Origin: Mobula hypostoma
Taxonomy: Eukaryota
NCBI RefSeq assembly: GCF_963921235.1
Contig: NC_086108.1
Span: 12,586,001 to 12,650,000, forward strand
Direction of reading: 5' to 3'
Length of the DNA stretch: 64,000 nt
Shown: one piece after another, positions 1 through 12,929 of the stretch
Layout: every line of letters begins with the position of its first letter
Position numbering within the stretch: the first letter of the stretch is position 1
Program-made: the position numbers and the translations under genes
Notes under the pieces: model-generated
The model's database searches: none
The model's input: only the letters and a program-made list of their open reading frames with translations
Told to the model about the DNA's origin: nothing

Positions 1-1823
1 TTTCTACAGTTATGTTAGTGGCAAAAGGATAATGAGGGATAAAGTTGGTCCCTTAGAGAATCAGAGTGGATGGCTATGTGTGGAGTCAAAAGAGATGGGG
101 GAGATTTTGAACAATTTCTTTTCTTCCGTATTCACTAAGAAGAAGGATATTGAATTGTGTAAGGTAAAGGGAACAAGTAGGGTAGTTATGACAACTATGA
201 CAATTAAAGAAAAGGAAGTACTGACACTTTTAATAAATATAAAAGTGGATAAGTCTCCGGGTCCAGACAAGATATTCCCTAGGACTTTGAGGGAAGTTAG
301 TGTAGAAATAGCAGGGGCTCTGACAGAAATATTTCAAATGTCATTAGAAACGGGGATGGTGCCGGAGGATTGGCGTATTGCTCATGTGGTTCCATTGTTT
401 AAAAAGGGTTCTAAGAGTAAACCTGGCAATTATCGGCCTGTGAGTTTGACGGCAATGGTGGGTAAATTGATGGAAAGTATTCTTAAAGATGGTATATATA
501 ATTTTCTGGATAGACAGGGTCTGATTAGGAACAGTCAACATGGATTTGTGCATGGAAGATCATGTTTGACAAACCTTACTGAATTTTTTGATGAGGTTAC
601 TAGGAAAGTTGATGAGGGTAAAATGGTGGATGTTGTCTATATGGACTTCAGTAAGGCCTTTGACAAGGTTCCACACAGAAGGTTAGTTAGGAAGGTTCAA
701 TCGTTAGGCATTAATATGGAAGTAGTAAAATGGATTCAGCAGTGGCTAGATGGGAGACGCCAGAGAGTAGTGGTAGATAACTGTGTGTCAGATTGGAGGA
801 CGGTGTGTAGCGGTGTGCCTCAGGGATCTGTACTGGGTCCAATGTTGTTTGTCATATATATTAATGATCTGGATGATGGGGTGGTAAATTGGATAAGTAA
901 GTATGCAGATGATACTAAGATAGGTGGCGTTGTGGATAATGAAGTAGGTTTTCAAAGCTTGCAGGGAGATTTGGGCCAGTTAGAAGAGTGGGCTGAAAGA
1001 TGGCAGATGGAGTTTAATGCTGAAAAATGTGAGGTATTACATTTTGGTAGAACTAATCAAAATAGGACATACATGGTAAATGGTAGGACATTAAAGAATG
1101 CTTTAGAACAGAGAGATCTAGGAATAATGGTGCATAGTTCCCTGAAGGTGGAATCTCATGTGGTTAGGGTGGTGAAGAAAGCTTTTGGTATGCTGGCCTT
1201 TATTAATCAGAGCATTGAGTATAGGAGTTAGGATGTAATGTTGAATTTGTATAAGGCATTGGTAAGGCCAAATCTGGAGTATTGTGTACAGTTCTGGTCA
1301 CCGAATTATAGGAAAGATGTCAATAAAATTGAGAGAGTACAGAGGAGGTTTACTAAAACGTTGCCTGGGTTTCATCTCCTAAGTTACAGAGAAAGGTTGA
1401 ACAAGTTAGGTCTTTATTCTTTGGAGCGTAGAAGGTTGAGGGGGGACTTGATAGAGGTGTTTAAAATTATGAGGGGGATTGATAGAGTTGATGTGGTTAG
1501 CCTTTTTCCATTGAGAGTGGGGAAGATTCAAACAAGAGGACATGGGTTGAGAGTTAGAGGACAAAAGTTTAGGGGTAACATGAGGGGGAACTTCTTTACT
1601 CAGAGAGTGGTGGCTGTGTGGAACGAGCTTCCAGCAGAAGTGGTTGAGGCAGGTTCTATGTTGTTGTTTAAAGTTAAATTGGATAGATATATGGACAGGA
1701 AAGGAATGGAGGGTTATGGGCTGAGTGCAGGTCGATGGGATTAGGATAGGGTAAGAGTTCAGCATGGACTAGAAGGGCTGAGACGGCCTGTTTCCATGCT
1801 GTAATTGTTATATGGTTATATAT
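1..1823 (+). mobile_element. CR1 LINE, 3' part of ORF2 (reverse transcriptase) plus 3' UTR; one in-frame stop at 1229-1231
   Basis: ORFs 32-1231 and 1238-1744 carry CR1 RT motifs KSPGPD, NYRPVSLT, QHGF, DFSKAFDKV, GVPQGSVLGP, YADD, LYKALVRPNLEY and FFTQRVV; short AT-rich tail. Confidence 0.95.
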
Positions 1824-4676
1824 GACTGCCCATGGAGATTTCACAGTGACTGTCCACACAGATCTCATAGTGACTGCCCATGGAGATCTCATGGTGACTG
1901 TCCACACAGATCTCACAGTGACTGTCCACACGGATCTCACAGTGACTGCCCATGGAGATCTCACAGTGACTGTCCATGGAGATCTCACAGTGACTGTCCA
2001 CACAGACGGTACAGTGACGGTCCACACAGATCGCGCAGTCACTGTCCACACAGATCTCACAGTGACTGTCCATGAAGATCTTACAGTGGCTGTCCACACA
2101 GATCTCACAGTGACTGTCCACACGGATCTCACAGTGACTGTCCACACAGATCTCACAGTGACTGCCCATGAAGATCTCACAGTGACTGTCCACACAGATC
2201 TCACAGTGACTGCCCATGAAGATCTCACAGTGACTGTCCACACAGATCTCACAGTGACTGCCCATGAAGATCTCACAGTGACTGTCCACACAGATGGTAC
2301 AGTGACTGTCCACACAGATCTCACCGTGACTGTCCATGGAGATCTCACAGTGACTGTCCACACAGATCTCATAGTGACTGCCCATGGAGATCTCATGGTG
2401 ACTGTCCACACAGATCTCACAGTGACTGTCCACACGGATCTCACAGTGACTGCCCATGGAGATCTCACAGTGACTGTCCATGGAGATCTCACAGTGACTG
2501 TCCACACAGACGGTACAGTGACGGTCCACACAGATCGCGCAGTGACTGTCCACACGGATCTCACAGTGACTGTCCACACAGACCTCACAGTGACTGTCCA
2601 CACAGATCTCACAGTGACTGTCCACACGGATCTCACAGTGACTGTCCACACAGATCTCACAGTGAATGTCCATGGAGATCACACAGTGACTGTCCACACA
2701 GATCTCACAGTGACTGCCCATGAAGATCTCACAGTGACTGTCCACACAGATGGTACAGTGACTGTCCACACAGATCTCACCGTGACTGTCCATGGAGATC
2801 TCACAGTGACTGTCCATACGGATCTCACAGTGACTGTCCACACAGAGCACACAGTGACCGTCCACACAGACCTCACAGTGACTGTCCACACAGACCTCAC
2901 AGTGACTGCCCATAGAGATCTCACAGTGACTGTCCACACAGATCTCATAGTGAATGTCCATGAAGATCTCACAGTGGCTGTCCACACAGATCGCACAGTG
3001 ACTGCCCACACGGATCTCACAGTGACTGCCCATGGAGATCTCACAGTGACTGTCCACACTGATCTCACAGTGACTGTCCACACAGATCTCACAGTGACTA
3101 CCCATGGAGATCTCACAGTGACTGTCCACACAGATCTCACAGTGACTGCCCATGGAGATCTCACTGTGACTGCCCATGGAAATCTCACAGTGACTGTACA
3201 CACGGATCTCACAGTGACTGTCCATGGAGATCTCATAGTGACTGCCCATGGAGATCTCACAGTGACTGTCCACACAGATCGCACAGTGACGGTCCACACA
3301 GATCACACAGAGACTGTCTACACTGATCTCACAGTGACTGTCCATGGAGATCTCACAGTGACTGCCCATGGAGATCTCACAGTGACGGTCCACACAGATC
3401 GCACAGTGACTGTCCATGGAGATCACACAGTGACGGTCCACACAGATCACACAGAGACTGTCCACACTGATCTCACAGTGACTGTCAATGGAGATCTCAT
3501 AGTGACTGCCCATGGAGATCTCACAGTGACTGTCCACACAGATCGCACAGTGACGGTCCACACAGATCACACAGAGACTGTCTACACTGATCTCACAGTG
3601 ACTGTCCATGGAGATCTCACAGTGACTGTCCATGGAGATCTCACAGTGACTGTCCACACTGATCTCACAGTGACTGTCCACACAGATCACACAGTGACTG
3701 TCCACACTGATCTCACAGTGACTGTCCACACTGATCTCACAGTGACTGTCCACACAGATCGCACAGTGACTGTCCACACAGATCGCACAGAGACTGTCCA
3801 TGGAGATCTCACAGTGACTGTCCACACAGATCGCACAGTGACTATCCTCACAGATCGCACAGAGACTGTCCATGGAGATCTCACAGTGACTGTCCACACA
3901 GATCACACAGTGACTGTCTACAGAGACCTCACAGTGACTGTCCACAGAATCCTCATGGTGACTTTACACAGAGACCTCACAGTGATTTTACACAGAGAGC
4001 TCTCAGTGACTGTCCACAGAGACCTCAAACTGACACTCAGCAGAAACTTCACAGTGACTGTCCACAGAGATCCCACAGTGACTATCCAAAGAGAACTCAC
4101 AATGATTGTCCAATGAGCCTTCAAGATGACTGTCCATAAATACCCTACAGAGACCGTCCACAGTGACCTTAGAGTCTCTGTACACAGAAACCTCACAGTG
4201 ACCGACCACAGAGACATCACAATGACTCTCCACAGATAACTTACGGTGCCTGTCCACAGATATCTCCCAGTGGCTGTCCATAGAGACTTCACAGTCACTG
4301 TCCATTGATACCTACAAACACCGTCCACAGTGACCTCAGAGTCTCTGTACACAGAGACCACACAGTGACCGACCACAGAGATCTAACAGTGACTGTCAAC
4401 AGAGACCTCACAATAAATCTCCAGGGAGACCTCACGATGGATCTCCAGGCTGATCTCGCAGCAACTGTCCACAAAAACATCGCAAGACTACACCCAACGA
4501 TCTCACTGTGACCATCCACAGTGACTTCAGAATGTATGTCCATAGAGACCTCACAGAAACTATCCACAGAAATCTCCCAGTGATTGACCACAGAGACCTC
4601 ACAGTGACTGTCCACAGTTACCTTAGAGTATCTGTCCACATAGACCCCACAGTGATTGTCCTCAGCGACTATCCAC
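1822..4676. repeat. 24-bp minisatellite (GATCTCACAGTGACTGTCCACACA), about 119 units, degenerate toward the right
   Basis: Directly visible tandem unit; explains the 8-aa periodic ORFs on both strands. Confidence 0.97.
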
Positions 4677-5517
4677 TGTTACGTACCCCGTAACTGGGTT
4701 GCCAAACCAGCAGAAATGGACCACTTAGTTGGAGTCTGGATTACTGGAACTAAGAAAGTTTTATTAAAGAAATAAGCAACACAATACTCTAATAGTAAGG
4801 ATATAAATGCAACAGGTTAGCAATGAATAAACACACATGTACACAGAACTATGATAATAGGATCAATCAAGCTCTATCGCAGTCTAGGGGTAAATGATCA
4901 GTTTCAAGTGACGCAAAGTTCAGTTCAATTTAGTTCAGTTCAGTTCGCAGTAATCGCTGTTGTGCCATTGGGGAGGGGAGAAGAGAGAGAACGAATGAAT
5001 ATGCAAATCGGATTCCAAACAGACCTTCGATATTCCTCGCAGTTAGCTTTCGGGCGAGCCCTTTGTAATGTCTTCTGAGGTCACCGACTGTGACCCCCCC
5101 TGTTCCAGATACGATCGTTCTTCTGCGGTGAACCCGGCACCCAGGCAAGGGCGGACACACACACCAGGTTCCTGCCCGACCGTATCTTTCCACCCTGTGC
5201 GTCTATGGCTGGTCTCACGACCAGACCTCCAAAACTCCCACCAACTTCTGGGGGCACACCGCTTCCAGGGTCTCGTCACCTCGTGGTGTCGTGTGTCTGT
5301 TGCCTTAGCGAACCTGTCCCTTTTTATCCCCCTGCTGGGGTATCGCCTGTCCATCAAACTTCAAACAGTTCAGGGTTCAAAGCCACCGGTCTCTGACAAT
5401 ACTCGGAACTGTGTCTCCTTTTCGTTAATCCCCCTCATCTCTCATTAACATTTCTGAATGTTCCCCCATTGTCCTCTTATCGGCATCAACCTTCTGATAA
5501 TTTGGTCTGTCGTCACA
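4677..5517 (-). mobile_element. Solo LTR (Gypsy-type) inserted in the minisatellite
   Basis: TGTTACG...CGTCACA inverted termini; perfect 4-bp TSD CCAC (4673-4676, 5518-5521); AATAAA on the minus strand near 4760; satellite resumes in register. Confidence 0.88.
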
Positions 5518-5669
5518 CCACATAGACCCCACAGTGACTGTCCACAGTTACCTTAGAGTGACTGTCCACATAGACCCCACAGTGACTGTCCACAGAGGAC
5601 TCACAGAGACTGTCCACAGAGGATTCACAGTGACTGTCCATGGAGATCTCACAGAGACTGCCCACAGAT
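5518..5669. repeat. Continuation of the 24-bp minisatellite (about 6 degenerate units)
   Basis: CACAGTGACTGTCCACA units after the LTR. Confidence 0.9.
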
Positions 5670-6209
5670 ATGCCCTTCGCCACCAACAATGTAGTGTCCT
5701 CATAAACTCCCTTGGCTTGACAGTTTATCTTGCAGATGTGTGATTATGTTGTCTCCTCCTGCTCGTTAAACAGTGTGACTGACAGCCCGATGCTTGTGAT
5801 AAAGGTGGTTTAAGGGCGAGTTGTAAGGCAGTGATCAACATTTAGACAGCACCATCTTTCATTGACTGAAATGAGCTGGGAAGGGAGAGCACTTGAGCTA
5901 ATAATGTGATTCTCTGTAAACATGTTAACAAATCTAATAGTCTGCAACTATCCTTCAGGCATTGAAGCGCTGCTGGAGATGTCCTGCCTCTCTTTGAAAT
6001 AAAGGGAAAAACTGAAGCCAGTATCATTGTGTATATATGAACAGCCCGTAGTGAGAACCCCAGTCCGCACCCATCCCATGGTGTTAGCCTTCTGTTCCTC
6101 TGCCACACAGTCTTCACTCAGAGTTGTTAGGTACGATTCAGCTAGGTTTTCTAATAAACTGTGAAAAATAACAACAAATTCAGAGTCCATCAAATTATAA
6201 GCATATTTC

Positions 6210-8216
6210 AGAGAAGAAACATACAAATTAGCCAGAAAAAGCAGCACACCTGAGGACTGGGAGAAATTCAGAGTCCAGCAGAGGAGGACAAAGGGCTTAA
6301 TTAGGAAGGGGAAAAAAGATTATGAGAGAAAACTGGCAGGGAACATAAAAACTGACTGTAAAAGCTTTCAAAGATATGTGAAAAGAAAAAGATTGGTTAA
6401 GACAAATGTAGGTCCCTTACAGTCAGAAACAGGTGAATTGATCATGGGGAACAAGGACATAGCAGACCAATTGAATAACTACTTTGGTTCTGTCTTCACT
6501 AACGAGGACATAAATAGTCTTCTGGAAATAGTAGGGGACAGAGGGTCCAGTGAGATGGAGGAACTGAGGGAAATACATGTTAGTAGGGAAGTGGTGTTGG
6601 GTAAATTGAAGGGATTAAAGGCAGATAAATCCCCAGGGTCAGATGGCCAAATTCATAGCGGATGCAATTTAAGGAAGTAGCCCAAGAAATAGTGGATGCA
6701 TTAGTGACCATTTTTCAAAACTCTTTAGATTCTGGATTAGTTCCTGAGGATTGGAGGGTGGCTAATGTAACCCCGTTTTTTAAAAAAGGAGGGAGAGAGA
6801 AACCGGGGAATTATAGACCGGTTAGCCTAATATCGGTGGTGGGGAAAATGCTAGAGTCAGTTATCAAAGATGTGATAACAGCACATTTGGAAAGCAGTGA
6901 AATCATCGGACAAAGTCAGCATGGATTTGTGAAAGGAAAATCATGTCTGACGAATTTCATAGAATTTTTTGAGGATGTAACTAGTAGAGTGGATAGGGGA
7001 GAACCAGTGGATGTGGTATATTTGGATTTTCAAAAGGCTTTTGAGAAGGTCCCACACAGGAGATTAGTGTGCAAACTTAAAGCACACGGTATTGTGGGTA
7101 TGGTATTGATGTGGATAGAGAACTGGTTGGCAGACAGGAAGCAAAAAGTGGGAATAAACGGGACCTTTTCAGAACGGCAGGCAGTGACTAGTGGGGTACC
7201 GCAAGGCTCAGTGCTGGGACCCCAGTTGTTTACAATATATATTAATGACTTAGACGAGGGAATTAAATGCAGCATCTCCAAGTTTGCGGATGACACGAAG
7301 CTGGGCGGGAGTGTTAGCTGTGAGGAGGATGCTAAGAGGATGCAGGGTGACTTGGATAGGTTGGGTGAGTGGGCAAATTCATGGCAGATGCAATTTAATG
7401 TGAATAAATGTGAGGTTATCCACTTTGGTGGCAAGAACAGGAGAACAGATTATTATCTGAATGGTGGCCAATTAGGAAAAGGGGAAGTGCAACGAGACCT
7501 GGGTGTCATTGTACACCAGTCATTGAAAGTGGGCATGCAGGTACAGCAGGCAGTGAAAAAGGTGAATGGTATGCTGGCATTCACAGCAAGAAGATTCAAG
7601 CACAGGAGTAGGGAGGTACTACTGTAGTTGTACAAGGCCTTAGTGAGACCACGCCTGGAGTATTGTGTGCAGTTTTGGTCCCCTAATCTGAGGAAAGACA
7701 TTCTTGCCATAGAGGGAGTACAAAGAAGGTTCACCAGATCGACTCCTGGGATGGCAGGACTTTCATATGATGAAAGACTGGATCAACTAGGCTTATACTC
7801 TCTGGAATTTAGAAGATTGAGGGGGGATCTTATTGAAACACATAAAATTCTAAAGGGATTGGACAGGCTAGATGCAGGAAGATTGTTCCCCATGTTGGGG
7901 AAGTCCAGAACGAGGGGTCACAGTTTGAGGATAAAGGGGAAGCCTTTTAGGACTGAGATGAGGAAAAACTTCTTCACACAGAGAGTGGTGAATCTGTGGA
8001 ATTCTCTGCCACAGGAAACAGTTGAGGCTAGTTCATTGGCTATATTTAAGAGGGAGTTAGACGTGGCCCTTGTGGTTAAAGGGATCGGGGATAAGGAGAG
8101 AAGGCAGGCACAGGGTTCTGAGTTGGAATATCAGCCATGATCATACTGAATGACGGTGCAGGCTCGAAGGGCTGAATGGCCTACTCCTGCACCTATTTTC
8201 TATGTTTCTATGTTTA
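6210..8216 (+). mobile_element. CR1 LINE, 5'-truncated ORF2 with 3' UTR and (TTTCTATG)n tail
   Basis: ORFs 6378-6680, 6662-7627 and 7628-8140 with CR1 RT motifs (FADD); same family as 23908-24924. Confidence 0.95.
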
Positions 8217-9626
8217 TTACCTGCAAGGGAAGATCTGCCTCCATATATTAAATCATTGGAAGGAAGCTTCAATGTTACATTTTTATTCTTTTACAAAGTC
8301 CAACAATTCATCAAATTAATGGCTTTGAGGTTGTTTCATCCCATGACAATCCACCCTTATCTGCATCCATCGTATCTGTTCTTTAATCTGTGTATTTGTC
8401 TCTTGAGGCTTCTTCCCCCATGACAGCTGTGCCCTGTTTTTCTTTGTTGTCAATACACTTCTTATCATAAGCACAATATGACTGAGTTCAACTTGAAATT
8501 TGATAGAGAGAAAGCAAAGTCTGACGTAGCAGTATTTCAATGGATTAAAGAAAATTGCAGTGGTATAGAGAGGAGCTGGCAAAGTAAATTGGAAGGAGAT
8601 GCTGGCAAGGATGACAGCAGAACAGCAATGGCTTGAGTTTCTGAAGAAAAATGAAGAAGATGCAGAATAGATGTATTCCAAAAAAGAAATAGTCAAATAG
8701 CAAAATAGTACAACTGTGGCTGACAAGGGAAGTGAAAGCTAAAGTAAAAGCCAAAGAAAGGGCATACAACAAAGCAAAAATTATTGGGAAGATACAGGAT
8801 TGGGAAGCTTTTAAAAACCTGCAGAAAGCATCTAAAAGAGTCACTAGGAGGGAAAAGATGAAATATGAAAGTATGCTAGCAACCAATTCAGTTGTTATGG
8901 ATGAGGTTATGGTATACTTAGTGACACAGGTCAAGATAGGATGAAGTCAGAATAAGTCCCTTAAGGGAAAATCTTGCCTGACAAACCTGTGGGAATTCTT
9001 TGAGGAGATTACAAGTAAGGTAGATAAAGGGGATGCAATGGATGTTGTATATCTGGACTTTCAAAAGGTCTTTGACAAGGTGCCACACTTGAGGCTGCTT
9101 ATCAAGTTAATAGTCCGTGGTATTACAGGAAATTTACTAATATGGTTAGAGCATTGGCTGATTGGTAGGAGGCAGCGAGTGGGAATAAAAGGATTCTTTT
9201 CTGGTTGGCTGCCAGTGACTAGTGGTGTTCCGCAGGGGTCGGTGTTGGAACCACTTCTTTTTATAAATGATTTAGTTGATGGAATAGATGTCTCTGTTGC
9301 CAAGTTTGCAGATGTTATGAAGATTGGTGAGGGGCGGATAGTGTTGACGGAACAGGAAGGCTGCAGAAGGACTTAGACAGATTAGGAGAATGGGCAAGAA
9401 GTTGGCAAATCAAATACAATGTTCTAAAATGCATGGTCATGCACTTTTGTAGGAAAAATAAATGTGCAGATGATTTTCTAAAAGAGGAGAAGATCCAAAA
9501 ATCTGAGATGCAAAGGGACTTGGGAGTTTTCGTGTATAACACCCTTACAGGGTGAGTCAGTGATGAGGAAGGCAAATACAACATTAGCATTCATTTCAAG
9601 AGGTCTAGAATATAAGAGCAGGGATG

Positions 9627-11964
9627 TATCAGTACCTCCAGTTGAACTTTGTCTTTTGTGTGTTTTCCCCCTAGCTGTCAGTCTGTGGTTTTGTATTGCC
9701 ACGTTCTCCTGTCCCCACTCCTGCTCTGCTCCAGCCCCTGTATTACTGAGTACTCCATCTCTCACCTGTTTCTCATTATTACCTGTTTTGCTGCCACCTG
9801 TGTCTCATTGTGCTCCACCTATCATCTGCCTCCCTGTTTATTGCTCAGTGTATTTCAGTCCTGTGTTTTCACCTATTTGTTGCCAGATTGTGCCAGTGAG
9901 TTTTCTGAGCCTTTCCAGCATTTGTATCTGAACTTTGTCTGTCTGAATATTGACTGCCTAATTCTGGTTTTTGGATTTCTCTGGATGTTTTGATCTCTTC
10001 CTGAACTTTGATGTTGACTTTGTTTGCACCTTGGGATTTGTTACCCAGTTAATATTACTGTGTGCACAGTACTGGGTCTGCGATTAGATCCCTGCTCCAG
10101 TGCCCTGACAGTACAATCTGGCCAGCATAGATCCAGCAGGCCCTGATTGTCTGAGAGCTGCCCTGGAACAACAGGGAGTGATGCTGGCGAGACACCAGAA
10201 CCAGCTGGACTCTGTGTTCAGGGCAGTGAAGTTGCTTTCTGCCAATGTAACTGATTTTGTGACCCAGACTCAGTCACTCCAGCTGTCCCAGAGCGCCCAT
10301 CAACATTCTGCGACTGCATCTTCCACCCCGCCCTCTGTGTCCTCACATGCTCCTCCTGTCCAACAGCCCCAGCTGCCTCCTCAAGAAAAGTACTCAGGTG
10401 AGCCCGGTACCTGCTGCTCCTTTCTTTCCTTTCCCAGTACTGCAACCAACAACATTTCTGACTGATCGAGCCAAGGCAGCCTATGTCATCACCCAGCTGT
10501 CCAGTTGGGCGAGAGAATGGGGCACAGCTGTCTGGCAGGCAGGCTCACCTTTCTGCAGTAGTTTTCAGTTATTTTCTGAGGAGATGAGAAAAGTGTTTGA
10601 TTGCTCCAAACATAGGAAAGAGGCAGCCTGTGAAATACTGCACATGCACCAGGGGCACAGATCTGTCAGATTACGCCATAGAGTTCTGGACCCTAGCCAT
10701 CTCCAGCGGCTAGAACTTGGAGGTGCAGTATGACACCTTCCTGAACGGTCTCTCAAAGACATTGAAGATGAGCTGGTCACCCAGGACCTTCCTGCCACCT
10801 TTGAAGCCCTGGTGGATTTGGCCCTCCTTATTGATGTTCACCTTCAGCAGCGCTGCAGAGGGAGGGGTTCCAGAGGGTCCCTGGGGGCACTGGGTGAGTT
10901 CCAAGTTCCTCGTCAATCTACATTGCCCTGCCATTTGCCTCCACCTACAATTCCCGTTCCAGAGCCTGAGGCTACGCATGTTGACCGTACCTGCCTAACA
11001 CTGACTGAAAGACAATGGCGAGTCAGCACCCACTCCTGTCTGACTGTGGCTAACCAGACTACTTCATCTCCACCTGCCCTGTAAAAGCCGGCACTTACCA
11101 GTAGGACAAGGAGTACTGGTGAGTGTAACCCCTGTCCGGCCCTCCTCGATGACACTCACTCTCATACCTGCTTCTCTTGAGTTGGGGGATTTTTGGATTT
11201 TCTCCTCTTTTAGAAAATCATCTGCACATTTATTTTTCCTACAAAAGTGCATGACCATGCATTTTAGAACATTGTATTTGATTTGCCAAATTTCTTGCCC
11301 ATTCTCCTAATCTGTCTAAGTCCTTCTGCAGCCTTCCTGTTCCCTCAACACTATCCGCCCCTCACCAATCTTCATAACATCTTGGACCCCTCTCCCATCA
11401 GGGACTTTCATCACCAGCACCCAGCTCTACCTGTCGTGATGCCAGGAGGTGTCCATGGGGGGTTGGGGGAGGTACTGTCAATATCTCCAGATGAACTGTC
11501 TTTTTGTGTTTTCCCCCTAGCTGTCAGTCTGTGGTTTTGTATTGCCACGTGCTCCCATCCCCACTCCTGCTCTGCTCCAGCCCCTGTATCACTGATTACT
11601 CTGTCTATCTTCTGTTTCTCATTATTACCTGTTTTGCTGCCACCTGGGTCTCATTGTGCTCCACCTATCATCTGCCTCTCTGTTTATTGCTCAGTGTATT
11701 TCAGTCCTGTGTTTTCACCTGTTTGTTGCTAGATTGTGCCACGGAATTTTCCTGAGCCTTCCGAGCATTTGTATCTGTACTCTCTGTTTGAATATTGGCT
11801 CTGCCTGTTTCCTGATTCTGGTTTTTGGATTTCTCTGGATATTTTGATCTCTGCCTGAACTTTGACATTGGCTTTGTTTGCACCTTGGGATTTGTTACTC
11901 AATTAATGTCACTGTGTGCACAGTACTGGGTCTGCGATTAGATCCCTGTGCCAGTACCCTGACA
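9627..11964 (+). mobile_element. Internally deleted Ty3/Gypsy chromovirus (Sushi-like) LTR retrotransposon; 5' LTR 9627-10110, 3' LTR 11476-11964
   Basis: Two direct repeats of about 490 bp ending TGACA; 5-bp TSD GGATG; G-rich PPT at about 11457-11473; chromodomain-end motif ILDPSPIRDFHHQHP. Confidence 0.93.
10127..11084 (+). pseudogene. Frameshifted Sushi/PEG10/RTL1-type gag
   Basis: Motifs PQEKYSGEPGTCCSFL, QPTTFLTDRAKAAYVITQLS..AREW and FLNGLS; degenerate CCHC knuckle near 11035-11080; start MDPA mutated to ATA. Confidence 0.82.
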
Positions 11965-12929
11965 GGATGTGACGTTGAGGCTTCATAAGGCACTGGTGAG
12001 GCCTCACTTTAAGTATCGTGAACAGTTTTGGGCTCCTGATCTAACAAAAGATGTGCTAGCATTGGAGAGGGTTCAGATGAGGATGATTCCAGGAATAAAA
12101 GGGTTATCATACGAGGAACATTTGGCTCTGTCTACATTCACCGGAATACAGAAGGATGAGGGGGGGATCTTGTTGAAAGGCCTAGACAGAGTAGATGTGG
12201 AAGGGATGTTTCCCATGGTGGGGGAGTCTACAACAAGAGAGCAAAGCTTCAGGGTAGAGGGGAGCCCTTTCAAAACATGGAGAAATTTCTTTAGCCAGAT
12301 GGTGGTGAATTTGTTACCACAGGCAGCTGTGTAGGCCAGGTTTTTGTGTGTATTTAAGGTGGAAAGTGATAGGTTCCTGATTGGCCACAGTATCAAAGGT
12401 TATGGGAAGAAGTCCAGGGAGTGGGGCTGAGGAGGTGGAAAAAAAAAATCAGCTATGATTGAATGGCAGAGCAGATTTGATGGGCCAAATGGCCCAATTC
12501 TGCTCCTATCTCTTGTCTTACAAATGCACCCCCGGCTACAATACTGACAAATTTCTTGTAAGCCTTCATCCCAACCAGGAAAACACTCTGGGATCCCTAC
12601 AGGTTCTGTTTGGTCAATTTACATTATACAAAAGTGATTTCTTCAGAGTTACAGATATATTTTCATAAAGTACAGCAGCTCACTTTATTGTAAATGAGAG
12701 ATTAACTTTCTTTGCCTCGTGTATGTGGAAACCTCAAAGTATTGCCAGAACACCATTGCCACTCTCTCAATGTCTCTGCCAGTACATTAGACAGAGGGAG
12801 TAGATCAGACCCTCTGTTCAGTTCCCAGCTGAGGCTGTCACAAGGTCAAATTCTGTTTCAAATGGCTCCATGCCTTTTTAAATCAAGACATCTTTAATAG
12901 GAAAGATGATACGTTTAATAAAATGCCTA

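Larger units (their letters stand above)
8465..12520 (+). mobile_element. Decayed CR1 LINE split by the LTR element at 9627-11964
   Basis: RT remnants 9038-9376 and 11969-12334; the sequence reads through ...AGCAGGGATG|TGACGTTGAGG across the insertion. Confidence 0.9.

Noticed and set aside
1674..4116. Long ORFs of 764, 709 and 328 aa with 8-aa repeats
   Set aside because: Artefact of a 24-bp unit lacking stops in several frames on both strands; no splice context or unique domain
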